Origin: Acidimicrobiales bacterium
GTDB taxonomy: Bacteria; Actinomycetota; Acidimicrobiia; Acidimicrobiales; RAAP-2
Length of the DNA stretch: 39,738 nucleotides
NCBI GenBank assembly: GCA_050743805.1
Contig: JBOGFX010000081.1
Location: 1-39,738 of the forward strand
Reading direction: 5' to 3'
Part shown: positions 29,929 through 37,712 of the stretch, in pieces
Layout: every line of letters starts with the position of its first letter
Numbering within the stretch: position 1 is the stretch's first letter
Position numbers and translations under genes: made by a program
The notes under the pieces: model-generated
What the model was told of the DNA's origin: nothing
Database searches by the model: none
Seen by the model: only the letters and a program-made list of their open reading frames with translations

Positions 29929-30283
29929 GGAAGAGGTCGGCGCATCGGCCGCAACGGCGCCACCGAGGCGATTCCAGCGCGGACATCAGGGGTCGGTGAG
30001 GGAGCGCAGGACTGGAGCTGCTCGGACCGACCTCGGACATGACCTGGGGCCGCCGGCAGATTGGCCCTTGGCGAGCCCGAACCGTCCTGATCACACAGGG
30101 GTGAGCCCTGGCTCCTGGGTGGGGCAGCGACGGTCTTCGGGCAATGGTCGCCACGGCTGAGGTGTGGTCGTGCTGTCCTTGGGTCGCGGGTGCGATGTGG
30201 GCCACCGGGTCGGCGAGGGAGCGCAGCCAGCTGGCGGCGGGTCGGAAACCGGGCTTCGGGGTCCAGCGGGCCTCGCCTGCCAG

Positions 30284-30381
30284 AGCCGCACACTCGACAC
30301 GGCCGTGCTTGCGGAGCCGCACACGCGACACGGGCCGTGCTTGCGGAGCCGCACGGAACCCGAGGATGGCTCACGGCCGTG
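30284..30381. repeat. tandem 31/32-nt direct repeat plus three copies of a CACGGCCGTG palindrome
   Basis: AGCCGCACACTCGACACGGCCGTGCTTGCGG / AGCCGCACACGCGACACGGGCCGTGCTTGCGG / AGCCGCACGG... (partial). A third site, CTCACGGCCGTGAG (perfect 14-nt palindrome, 30370-30383), lies about 10 nt upstream of the proposed -35. Confidence 0.85.
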
Positions 30382-30391
30382 AGGAGCCCAT

Positions 30392-30420
30392 TTGACGGCC
30401 GCACATTTCGCGCGCATTCT
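30392..30420 (+). promoter_or_regulatory. candidate sigma-70-type promoter of the NCS1 permease gene
   Basis: TTGACG - 17 nt - CATTCT, about 70 nt upstream of ATG 30491. The call rests on sequence match only. Confidence 0.4.
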
Positions 30421-30490
30421 TCTTCGGTCGATAGGTGGCCCAGGGACCCCTGCGGCTCTGTGAAGTGACATCAGGCACTTGGGAGGGAGC

Positions 30491-31981
30491 ATGGCCACCA
30501 CGACGACCGAATCGATGCCCGCGTCAGACCAAGCTTTCCGCGTCGAGTCCCGCGGCATCGACCACATCCCCATAGCCGAACGATGGGCGAGCGCCCGGGA
30601 CGTCGGCTTCATGTGGGCGGGCGCAAGCGTCCAGGTCGAGTACTTCATCTACGGAGCGGTGCTCATGACCTTCGGCTTCAACTTCGCCCAGGCAGTGAGC
30701 CTCATCATCGTGGGCAACCTCTCGTTCTTCCTCTTGGGGCTCTGCAGCCTGCAGGCGCCCCAGACCGGCACCACGGTCTTCGCCATCAACAGAGCGAGCT
30801 TCGGACCCAACGGCTCGCGCGTCATCTCCTTCTTCAACTGGATCACCCAGATTGGCTTTGAGGTCGAGGGACTGATCCTCGTGGTCGGCGCCGCCCTAGT
30901 CCTGGAGCTCAAGGCAGGCTTCGGCACAGGGGGTCCCGCCAAGGTGGTCTTCGTCATCGTGGCGGTGTTGATCCAGGGGGTGCTGCCCTTCCTCGGCCAC
31001 GCGACGATCTTGAAGACGCTGCGCTACCTCACCATCCCTTTCGTCGTTGTCTTCGCGATAATGCTCGGCTTCGCGATCCCCCACGCGACGACCCACGGTG
31101 TGGCACACGGGGTGGGATGGCAGGTCTACATGGAGGGCCTGGCCTTCACGATCATCCTCTCGGGCCTGGGCTGGACCGAGTCTGGCAACGACTACACCCG
31201 CTACTGCCATCCCAACACCTCCAAGCCCAAGATCGTCGCCTGGGTGTTCGCGGGAACCGCTGTGCCTCAGATCCTGATCATGCTGCTCGGAGCCTCGGTC
31301 GGAACGTTCCTCGTGCAGGTGGGCACCCAGGCGAACGCGTTCATAGCCTTCGCCCACCAGTCCTACATCCCGGCGTGGTTCGTCGACGTCTTTCTGATCC
31401 TCGCGATCTGCCAGCTGTTCGCGATCAACAGCCTCGATCTGTACTCCTCGGGGGTAACGCTCCAAGCGATGGGCTTGAGGGTGAGGCGTTATTGGGCGGT
31501 CGTGATCGACTGCATCATCGCCCTGGGTGTCTCGATGTTCGCCATCTTCAACACCTCCTTCAACACCTACCTGAAGGACTTCGTCGATGTGGTCATCGTA
31601 TGGATCGCCCCGTGGTCGGCCATCTTCTTGGTGGACTGGTGCATGCGGCGTTTTCGCTACGTGCCCAAAGAGCTCCAGCGCACCGACCGTGGTGGCCTCT
31701 ACTATCGCAACGGCGGGGTCCACTGGCCCGCGATCGTCGCCCAGCTGTTCGGGATGTACGCAGCTATCTCTGCACTTTCCACGACCTTCACCCTTCCTCA
31801 TTGGCTGAACGAGGTCACCTTGCACACGATGAGCGGCCCGCACTTCACGGGCTACGGCGCTGACTTCAGCGTCTACATGGGAATGGGAGTGGCGGGCCTC
31901 GTCTACCTGGTGGTCGGCTGGCGATCGGTTCGGTCAGAGGCGAGGACCCAAGACGACCTCCTCGCGTCGGAGCCCACCTGA
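30491..31981 (+). CDS. NCS1-family (purine-cytosine / nucleobase-cation symport) permease
   Basis: About 496 aa with about 12 hydrophobic helices. The N-terminus FRVESRGIDHIPIAERWASARDVGFMWAGASV and the later TESGNDYTRY are typical of cytosine/purine permease-like NCS1 proteins. A GGGAGG Shine-Dalgarno lies before ATG 30491 (the ORF track starts at TTG 30479). Confidence 0.9.
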   Translation: MATTTTESMPASDQAFRVESRGIDHIPIAERWASARDVGFMWAGASVQVEYFIYGAVLMTFGFNFAQAVSLIIVGNLSFFLLGLCSLQAPQTGTTVFAINRASFGPNGSRVISFFNWITQIGFEVEGLILVVGAALVLELKAGFGTGGPAKVVFVIVAVLIQGVLPFLGHATILKTLRYLTIPFVVVFAIMLGFAIPHATTHGVAHGVGWQVYMEGLAFTIILSGLGWTESGNDYTRYCHPNTSKPKIVAWVFAGTAVPQILIMLLGASVGTFLVQVGTQANAFIAFAHQSYIPAWFVDVFLILAICQLFAINSLDLYSSGVTLQAMGLRVRRYWAVVIDCIIALGVSMFAIFNTSFNTYLKDFVDVVIVWIAPWSAIFLVDWCMRRFRYVPKELQRTDRGGLYYRNGGVHWPAIVAQLFGMYAAISALSTTFTLPHWLNEVTLHTMSGPHFTGYGADFSVYMGMGVAGLVYLVVGWRSVRSEARTQDDLLASEPT

Positions 31982-31987
31982 GCATGC

Positions 31988-32668
31988 CTAGCTGCGGGGG
32001 CCCCTTGTATGGAGGGCCTCTGCGGTGCTCGAACCCCCGAGACCCTCCCAGTCCTCGACCAACTCGCCCTGCGGGCCGTGACGAAACAGGGGTATAGCTC
32101 CGAGCGACCGGACCAGATCCGCATCGGCGCCGAGATGGGTGCGCCACTGGGAGCCCTCGGTGACGAGGGCCCCTACCACCACCGGCTTCGCTCCCACGCG
32201 GCGCATGAGGTTGAGCGCGGCCCGTGTGGACCCCCCCGTCGAGATGACGTCGTCGACCACCGCGACCCGTCGGCCTCGAACCGCCCCCAAGCGCGCTCGG
32301 TCGAACAACAGCGTCTGCGGGGCTCGAGTGGTGATCGAGTGCACGGGCTCAGAGATCGCATCCCCGAGATGGATCTTTGGTGTCTTGTGCAGGATCACGT
32401 AGTCGTCCATGCCCAGCGCACGGGTCACCTCGATCGCGATCGGGATGCCCATGGTGGCGACGGAGACGACGATCTCGACGTCGCAGGGGGCCAGCTTGCC
32501 GGCCAGCTCGCTCCCGGCAACCTCGGCGAAGGCCACCCCGAGGTCGACCGAGATGAGAAGCGCGATCGTGAGGTCCCGGGCGATGGGCACGAGGGGGATC
32601 TCCAGATCCTGGGACCCCACCTTGACCCGGTAGGTGCCCGACGCCATGGTGGGACTCTTGCCCGCCAT
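31988..32668 (-). CDS. type I phosphoribosyltransferase family protein
   Basis: PRPP-binding loop RRVAVVDDVISTGGSTRAA. The start is ATG 32668 (MAGKSPTMASGTYRV) or ATG 32647. The ORF-track version (313 aa) carries an unrelated N-terminal extension. Confidence 0.85.
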   Translation of the reverse strand: MAGKSPTMASGTYRVKVGSQDLEIPLVPIARDLTIALLISVDLGVAFAEVAGSELAGKLAPCDVEIVVSVATMGIPIAIEVTRALGMDDYVILHKTPKIHLGDAISEPVHSITTRAPQTLLFDRARLGAVRGRRVAVVDDVISTGGSTRAALNLMRRVGAKPVVVGALVTEGSQWRTHLGADADLVRSLGAIPLFRHGPQGELVEDWEGLGGSSTAEALHTRGPRS

Positions 32669-32707
32669 TGCGCGGGGTCGCAAGTGACCTTCCCACCTTG
32701 GGCAGCG

Positions 32708-32820
32708 CACGAGGGGATCGAGCCAGGTGAGCTCGGGGAAGCGGGCGAAATCGGAGTCGGCGCTGACCACAGCCAGCCCATGGTCAAGTGCCAGCGCGGC
32801 ATCGCTGATCAAGTTTGGCG
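32708..32820 (-). pseudogene. C-terminal relic of a PIN-domain (VapC-type) toxin gene
   Basis: NLISDAALALDHGLAVVSADSDFARFPELTWLDPL matches the C-terminal consensus of VapC toxins (D.LIAA.AL.HG..L.T.D.DF.RFP.L). The ~90 N-terminal residues are missing, because the SDR gene ends at 32854, and no antitoxin ORF is present. Confidence 0.5.
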
Positions 32821-32853
32821 CGCCCCGCCCTTCTCGACCTTCGGGCAGCGGGC

Positions 32854-33636
32854 TCAAAACGCTGTCATGCCCCCGTCGACCGAGAGCACCGCTCCGGTGA
32901 CGCCGCTCGAGTGGGGCATGCACAACCACGCGATCACAGCTGCCGGTTCCTCTGGCTCCAAGAGGCGCTCGAGCAGCGACTGGGAGGCAAATTGCTCGCT
33001 CGAGGCAAGGCCGTAGACCGAGGCGGACGCGTCCAGGACCGGGCCCCGAGTGGAACCCGGGCAGACGACGTTCGCGGTGATCCCGGTGCCAGCCAGATCA
33101 GCCGCAAGGGCTCGCACCAACCCGATGACCGCGTGCTTCGAGGCGACGTAGCCGCCGAGGCGTCGAAGCCCGAGCAGCCCGGCAGCCGAGGAGACGGCGA
33201 CGACACGGCCCGAGCGAGGTGCCGGGCGGGAGAGAAGGGCGGGAACCGCAGCGCTCAGCAGCCGCCTGAGGCCCACGACGTTCACATCGAACAGGGCCTG
33301 CCACAGGTGGTCGGAGCACTCCCAAACCGGCTCTCCACCGGCGATGACCCCGGCCGCCGCTACGACGGCGTCGAGCTGGCCGAAGCGCCCGGTCGCAAGC
33401 GAGACCGCGGCATCCATGTCGCGCTGACGTCGGACGTCTGCAACCAGGGGCACCACGGACGCGCTCATCGCTGCGACGGCGTCGAGCTCCTCTTCGCTCC
33501 CCAGGTGGTAATCGAGGGCCGGGTCGTCCCGACAAGCATCGGTGGCGATCACGCACCAACCTTGCTCGGCCAGCAAGCGGACCGTCGCCGCGCCGATCCC
33601 ACGGGCGGCCCCGGTCACGACCGCCACCTGCTTCAT
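32854..33636 (-). CDS. mycofactocin-coupled SDR family oxidoreductase
   Basis: 260 aa: VAVVTGAARGIGAATVRLL, the characteristic insert DACRDDPALDYHLGSEEELDAV, and YVASKHAV (YxxxK). The ATG overlaps the mftE stop (ATGA). Confidence 0.8.
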   Translation of the reverse strand: MKQVAVVTGAARGIGAATVRLLAEQGWCVIATDACRDDPALDYHLGSEEELDAVAAMSASVVPLVADVRRQRDMDAAVSLATGRFGQLDAVVAAAGVIAGGEPVWECSDHLWQALFDVNVVGLRRLLSAAVPALLSRPAPRSGRVVAVSSAAGLLGLRRLGGYVASKHAVIGLVRALAADLAGTGITANVVCPGSTRGPVLDASASVYGLASSEQFASQSLLERLLEPEEPAAVIAWLCMPHSSGVTGAVLSVDGGMTAF

Positions 33637-34325
33637 CGCTCACCCCTTGACACACCACCGGCGGCGGTCCTGAGCCACAACTCGCGGAGCACGGCCTCGA
33701 GATCCGATGCCATGGCGTCCAGCATGTCCTTGCCCTCCAAGGCAGAAGCTCCCCTCGGATCGCCCAGGACCCCGTTGGATGAGACCGCCTTCACGCCATG
33801 GCGACGCAACTCGGGCCAGAGGACTTCGAGAGGCTCTCTCCTCCCCGGCTCGATGGCCTCCTCGCGCACCGTCGACGGATCGATCGCCAGCATGAGCGAG
33901 GTCTCGGTTCTTCCTGCGTGGGCGTCACCCTTCGGGCACGCCCACCAGACCCCAAGGGTGTCCCCGTCGCGGCGGCAGCGCTCCTGGGCGGCCACCAGCG
34001 CGTCGGCATTGCCGCCGTGGGCGCACACCACCACGACCGTGCCGAAGGCTCCCCGAGCAGAGCGCACCAGCTCGACCAGCGCGTCGGCGAGAACCCCTGT
34101 CCCGATCGACAACGTGCCCGAGAAGTCGGCGTGCTCTCCGCTCGCTCCGTAGCCGAAGGGCGCGGCCACGTGCACGAAGCCGAGGCCCGAGATCCGCTGC
34201 ACCAGCGCGCAGGCGATGCGGGTGTCTGTGTCCAAGGGGAGATGCGGCCCGTGCTGCTCGTAAGACCCGAGCGGGACGACGAGAAGCGCTCCGGGGGATC
34301 TAGCGACCTCTGTCCATGTGGTCAT
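33633..34325 (-). CDS. mftE: mycofactocin biosynthesis peptidyl-dipeptidase (creatininase family)
   Basis: 230 aa: LLVVPLGSYEQHGPHLPLDTDT, the creatinine amidohydrolase fold signature. It sits immediately after mftC, with a GAGGAG Shine-Dalgarno. Confidence 0.9.
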   Translation of the reverse strand: MTTWTEVARSPGALLVVPLGSYEQHGPHLPLDTDTRIACALVQRISGLGFVHVAAPFGYGASGEHADFSGTLSIGTGVLADALVELVRSARGAFGTVVVVCAHGGNADALVAAQERCRRDGDTLGVWWACPKGDAHAGRTETSLMLAIDPSTVREEAIEPGRREPLEVLWPELRRHGVKAVSSNGVLGDPRGASALEGKDMLDAMASDLEAVLRELWLRTAAGGVSRGER

Positions 34326-34331
34326 CTCCTC

Positions 34332-35477
34332 TCACCCGCGAGGGATCAGCCTGATCGGGACGCGACGCGAGTGATCGGACCACAACGGCGGCGGCTCCCA
34401 AGGTCCACGCTGATCCAAGCTCGTGGCGCCGTGACCTAGCACGCACTCGGGGTCTGGCCCCGCGAGATCGAGCCCGGTGAAGAACTTGGCCGCCAGGCAA
34501 CCCCCCCGGCAGGCGTCGTAGGAGCCGCAAGACGCACAAGCGCCAGCGCTCTTGGTGGAGCGGAGCTGTGAGAACAGCACCGATGCCCGCCAGATCTGAC
34601 CGAACCCCCCTGAGCGCACATTGCCCGCGCGGAACTGCTCATCGATCACGAAGGGACAGGCATAGACGTCCCCGACCGGGTCGACGAGGCAGACGACTCG
34701 TCCAGCGCCACACATGTTGAGACCGGCGAGCGGCTTCCCCAGGGCCGATAGATGGAAGAACGAATCCCCTGTGAGCACCTCTTGGTGATCGAGCAGCCAG
34801 GCGTGGAGGCTGACGAGCTGCGTGGATGTCGGACGCAGGTCGTCCCACGAGCGGATCGCGCGTCCCGAGGGACGCAGCCTTGTGATTCGCAGCTGGGCGC
34901 CGTATCGATCGGCAAGCGCAACGAGAGCATCTAGCTCGAGCAAACTGTCGCGTGTCGCCACCACGCTCAGCTTGAACGGCCCGAAGTCGGCTGCGGCAAG
35001 ATTGTCCATGGCGGCGATCGCTGCGGCGTAGCTGCTCTCTCCGCGCACCGCGTCGTTGACCCCAGCCGTCGCACCGTCGAGGCTCACCTGGATATCTAGG
35101 TTGTCCATCCGGGCGAGGCGCCGGGCGGCCGCTTCATTGAGCCTGGTCCCGTTGGTGGAGAACTTGACCCCGATGCCACGGCCCGTGGCGTGCTCGATCA
35201 GGTCGAAGAAGGAGGCCCGCAGCATCGGCTCGCCCCCACCCACGTTGACATAGAACACACCCATCGCCGCCAGCTCGTCGATGAGGGATACGGCCTCGGC
35301 ATCGGTGAGCTCCCGAGGATCCCTGCGTCCCGAGGCGCTCAGGCAGTGCACACACGCGAGGTTGCACGCGTAGGTCAGTTCCCAGGTGATGCATATCGGG
35401 GCGTCGAGGCCCCTCTCCAGCTCGTCCTTCAAGCTGGGAGCCGCCTCAGCGGGCATCGACGATCCCCGCGTCGACAA
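34332..35477 (-). CDS. mftC: mycofactocin radical SAM maturase (SPASM domain)
   Basis: ITWELTYACNLACVHCLSASG (CxxxCxxC), with C-terminal SPASM cysteines CGAGRVVC...YACPF and CASCGSYDACRGGC. The start may instead be ATG 35456. Confidence 0.95.
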   Translation of the reverse strand: MSTRGSSMPAEAAPSLKDELERGLDAPICITWELTYACNLACVHCLSASGRRDPRELTDAEAVSLIDELAAMGVFYVNVGGGEPMLRASFFDLIEHATGRGIGVKFSTNGTRLNEAAARRLARMDNLDIQVSLDGATAGVNDAVRGESSYAAAIAAMDNLAAADFGPFKLSVVATRDSLLELDALVALADRYGAQLRITRLRPSGRAIRSWDDLRPTSTQLVSLHAWLLDHQEVLTGDSFFHLSALGKPLAGLNMCGAGRVVCLVDPVGDVYACPFVIDEQFRAGNVRSGGFGQIWRASVLFSQLRSTKSAGACASCGSYDACRGGCLAAKFFTGLDLAGPDPECVLGHGATSLDQRGPWEPPPLWSDHSRRVPIRLIPRG

Positions 35478-35736
35478 GACGGCTCAAGGCCCGCCGAAGC
35501 TGGTCCCATTCGCCAACCGGGGCGCTAGCCTCGATCGCCTCCTGGGCGCTGCCGAAGTCCCCAAGCACCTCCAAGAGAGCCACCAGTCTCTGGGAGCGAA
35601 GGAAGACGAGGCGTCTCGTGTCTCTGTGGTAGATGAGAGCACCGAAGCGCTCCCTGCGAAACGACACCCTTGGGCTGAGGCGTATCGACAGGGCCTGGTC
35701 TGGGGTGCCGGGTCGGCAGTCACCGTGCGCAACCAC
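35446..35736 (-). CDS. mftB: mycofactocin biosynthesis chaperone (RRE / PqqD-like)
   Basis: 96 aa: RLSPRVSFRRERFGALIYHRDTRRLVFLRS... matches the MftB pattern. GTG 35736 follows the mftA stop after 1 nt. Confidence 0.85.
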   Translation of the reverse strand: MVAHGDCRPGTPDQALSIRLSPRVSFRRERFGALIYHRDTRRLVFLRSQRLVALLEVLGDFGSAQEAIEASAPVGEWDQLRRALSRLVDAGIVDAR

Positions 35737-35737
35737 C

Positions 35738-35863
35738 TCAGTAGACGCCGCACATGCCGTCGATGGAGACCTCCTCGATGGTCAGCTCGTCATCGTCGCG
35801 ACCTGCCTCGGACCTCTCCTCGTCCGCAGGCTCGCCGACTCGGTCAACCTCTGGCGCTGACAT
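35738..35863 (-). CDS. mftA: mycofactocin precursor peptide
   Basis: 41 aa: MSAPEVDRVGEPADEERSEAGRDDDELTIEEVSIDGMCGVY, ending in the diagnostic IDGMCGVY. A strong AAGGAGGGGAG Shine-Dalgarno lies immediately upstream of ATG 35863. Confidence 0.9.
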   Translation of the reverse strand: MSAPEVDRVGEPADEERSEAGRDDDELTIEEVSIDGMCGVY

Positions 35864-35878
35864 CTCCCCTCCTTGGCT

Positions 35879-35919
35879 CCGACAGAGTCTTGCACCGCGC
35901 CAAGCACCCGACAGAATCT
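35879..35919. promoter_or_regulatory. two copies of CCGACAGA(G/A)TCT in the divergent mftA/mftF spacer (candidate operator)
   Basis: CCGACAGAGTCT (35879-35890) and CCGACAGAATCT (35908-35919), 29 nt apart centre to centre. Each contains a GAC-N3-GTC/ATC half-palindrome. Confidence 0.35.
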
Positions 35920-36032
35920 GCGCGGCCGCCACCATCGGGCGGGCCCAGGTCTATGTCTCCTGCCATGATGTCGGGGTGCGAGCGACGGCTGGCCGTCAAG
36001 GAGCGGCTCGGCTTTCCCCCCGGAACAGCCTC

Positions 36033-37502
36033 ATGCCGATCGGCTTGCATCTCGCGCCCGACCGCGAGCTCAAGGTCTTTGCGGAGGGCCGCGCGATCCT
36101 GGGCGGTAGCCCGCTGCGGCTCGCCCGGTTGCGGCCCCGGGCCGCCCGCGTCGTCGAGTCGTGGCTGGAAGGCGCCCCCGTCGACTACCGACGGGCTGAC
36201 CGTGCGCTTGCCGGCCGCCTGGTCGCGGCAGGGATCCTGCACCCGAGACCCTCGCCGGTCACCGCGGCCGGCCTCGTGACGATCGTCGTTCCGGTGAGAG
36301 ACCGGCCGTCCCTGCTGGCCAGCCTGCTCGCTTCGCTCGGCCCAACGCCGTGCATCGTGGTCGACGACGCCTCGATGCGGGCCGATGAAATCGAGAAGGT
36401 GGCACGCGATGCTGGCGCCGAGTACATCGCCCTCAGCGAACACCGTGGCCCCGCGGCCGCCCGCAACGCCGGAGCGGCGGCCGTCTCGACCCCGCTGATT
36501 GCATTCGTGGACTCTGACTGCCAAGTCCCCGAGCACTGGCTCGACCAACTCTGCGGGCACTTCGGCGACCCCAGAGTCGCAGCCGTCGCACCGCGGGTCG
36601 TTACGCCCCCCGGGCACGGACGCCTCATGCGATACGAGTCGTCCCGGTCTCCCCTCGATCTGGGAGAGGACGAGGGTCTGGTGGCCCCGGGTTCCCGGGT
36701 CCCCTACGTGCCAGCGGCGGCCATCGTTCTGCGACGAGCTGCGCTCGAAGAGCGGCCCTTCGATGAGGCGCTACATGCCGGGGAGGATGTCGACTTGATC
36801 TGGGGCCTCCACCGTGCCGGGTGGCAGATCCGCTACGTGCCCTCGGTCGTGGTCGATCATGCGAGCGATGTCCGCCCGCTCAGGTTCATCGGGCGACGGT
36901 TCCGGGACGGGTCGAGTGCTGCGCCGCTCGCCAGGCGCCATCCGGCGGCGGCCGCACCAGCCCGGGTTTCGCCCGTCACCGCCGTGGTCCTTGGGCTCCT
37001 CGTGGCGCGCCGACCGGGGGCGGCAGCGGTCGTCTGCGGCGGTGTGTGCTTGAGGCTGGGGCGCCACCTCGGCAGCCGCACGGAGAACCCGATGGCCAAA
37101 GCGACCTCGTGGGGTGTCGCTTGCACTGCTCGAAGCGTGCTTGGCGCGCTGCGGGGGCTGGCTCGAGCGTGGTCGCCGGTGCTCTGGATCTGCTGTCTCA
37201 CCCGCCACTGCGGGCGCTGGCGCGTCTGGGCCGCGGCGGCGCTCCTGATCAGCGCGACCCGGGGCCTGCGCGCCCGCAATGGCCTGGGCTCCTCCTCCTA
37301 CCTCGCGGCCAGCCTTGCGGACGATCTTGCCTACGGGACCGGCGTGTGGGTCGGCGCCTGGCGAGAGAGGATGGTGAGACCCTTGATGCCCAGAGTCGCC
37401 CTGCCGGCACGTGTGTCGCGAGGCATCAAGGGCCTGCTCGGGGCTCTGGGCAGCTTGCGGTCGTCGAGACAAGGGCGCCAGCGCCGGACCAGCGGGCCCT
37501 GA
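36033..37502 (+). CDS. mftF: mycofactocin biosynthesis glycosyltransferase (GT2 family)
   Basis: MPIGLHLAPDRELKVFAEGRAILGGSPLRLARL..., a GT-A core VTIVVPVRDR...CIVVDDAS...AFVDSDC, and hydrophobic C-terminal segments. The ORF-track start 35754 lies inside mftA/mftB on the opposite strand, so ATG 36033 is preferred. Confidence 0.85.
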   Translation: MPIGLHLAPDRELKVFAEGRAILGGSPLRLARLRPRAARVVESWLEGAPVDYRRADRALAGRLVAAGILHPRPSPVTAAGLVTIVVPVRDRPSLLASLLASLGPTPCIVVDDASMRADEIEKVARDAGAEYIALSEHRGPAAARNAGAAAVSTPLIAFVDSDCQVPEHWLDQLCGHFGDPRVAAVAPRVVTPPGHGRLMRYESSRSPLDLGEDEGLVAPGSRVPYVPAAAIVLRRAALEERPFDEALHAGEDVDLIWGLHRAGWQIRYVPSVVVDHASDVRPLRFIGRRFRDGSSAAPLARRHPAAAAPARVSPVTAVVLGLLVARRPGAAAVVCGGVCLRLGRHLGSRTENPMAKATSWGVACTARSVLGALRGLARAWSPVLWICCLTRHCGRWRVWAAAALLISATRGLRARNGLGSSSYLAASLADDLAYGTGVWVGAWRERMVRPLMPRVALPARVSRGIKGLLGALGSLRSSRQGRQRRTSGP

Positions 37503-37567
37503 ACCTCGACTGGCACCGAGCGTCGGCTGGCCGATCCCGGGACACGAACGCTTCGACCTCTGCGGGG

Positions 37568-37588
37568 CACCGGCGCCCGGCGCCGGTG
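37568..37588 (+). terminator. perfect 10-bp inverted repeat downstream of mftF (possible terminator or protein-binding palindrome)
   Basis: CACCGGCGCC-c-GGCGCCGGTG followed by GTCGTTACGTTGG. The U tract is poor. Confidence 0.35.
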
Positions 37589-37631
37589 GTCGTTACGTTG
37601 GTGCAGGGCCGTGGAGGACCGCTGCGTGCAT

Positions 37632-37664
37632 CGGGCACTGTTCGGTTCGGGCACTGAGTCGGTT
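37632..37664 (+). repeat. tandem 16/17-nt direct repeat upstream of mftD
   Basis: CGGGCACTGTTCGGTT / CGGGCACTGAGTCGGTT, read directly, about 50 nt upstream of the proposed mftD start. Confidence 0.85.
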
Positions 37665-37712
37665 TGGCCGCTCCGAGGTCCTCGGGCATGCTGGACGACA
37701 GAGGGGGCTCCG

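Noticed and set aside
30040-30180. TPP riboswitch upstream of the NCS1 permease (GGGGUGAGCCC..., GCUGAGGUG)
   Set aside because: The defining CUGAGA and ACCUGAUCUGGAUAAUGCCAGCG-type elements are absent. The predicted promoter at 30392-30420 would also place this sequence outside the transcript.
31988-32929. A single 313-aa protein as given in the ORF track
   Set aside because: It is a chimera: overlap with the SDR gene end, then a PIN-domain C-terminal relic, then the phosphoribosyltransferase, which has its own Met starts at 32668/32647.
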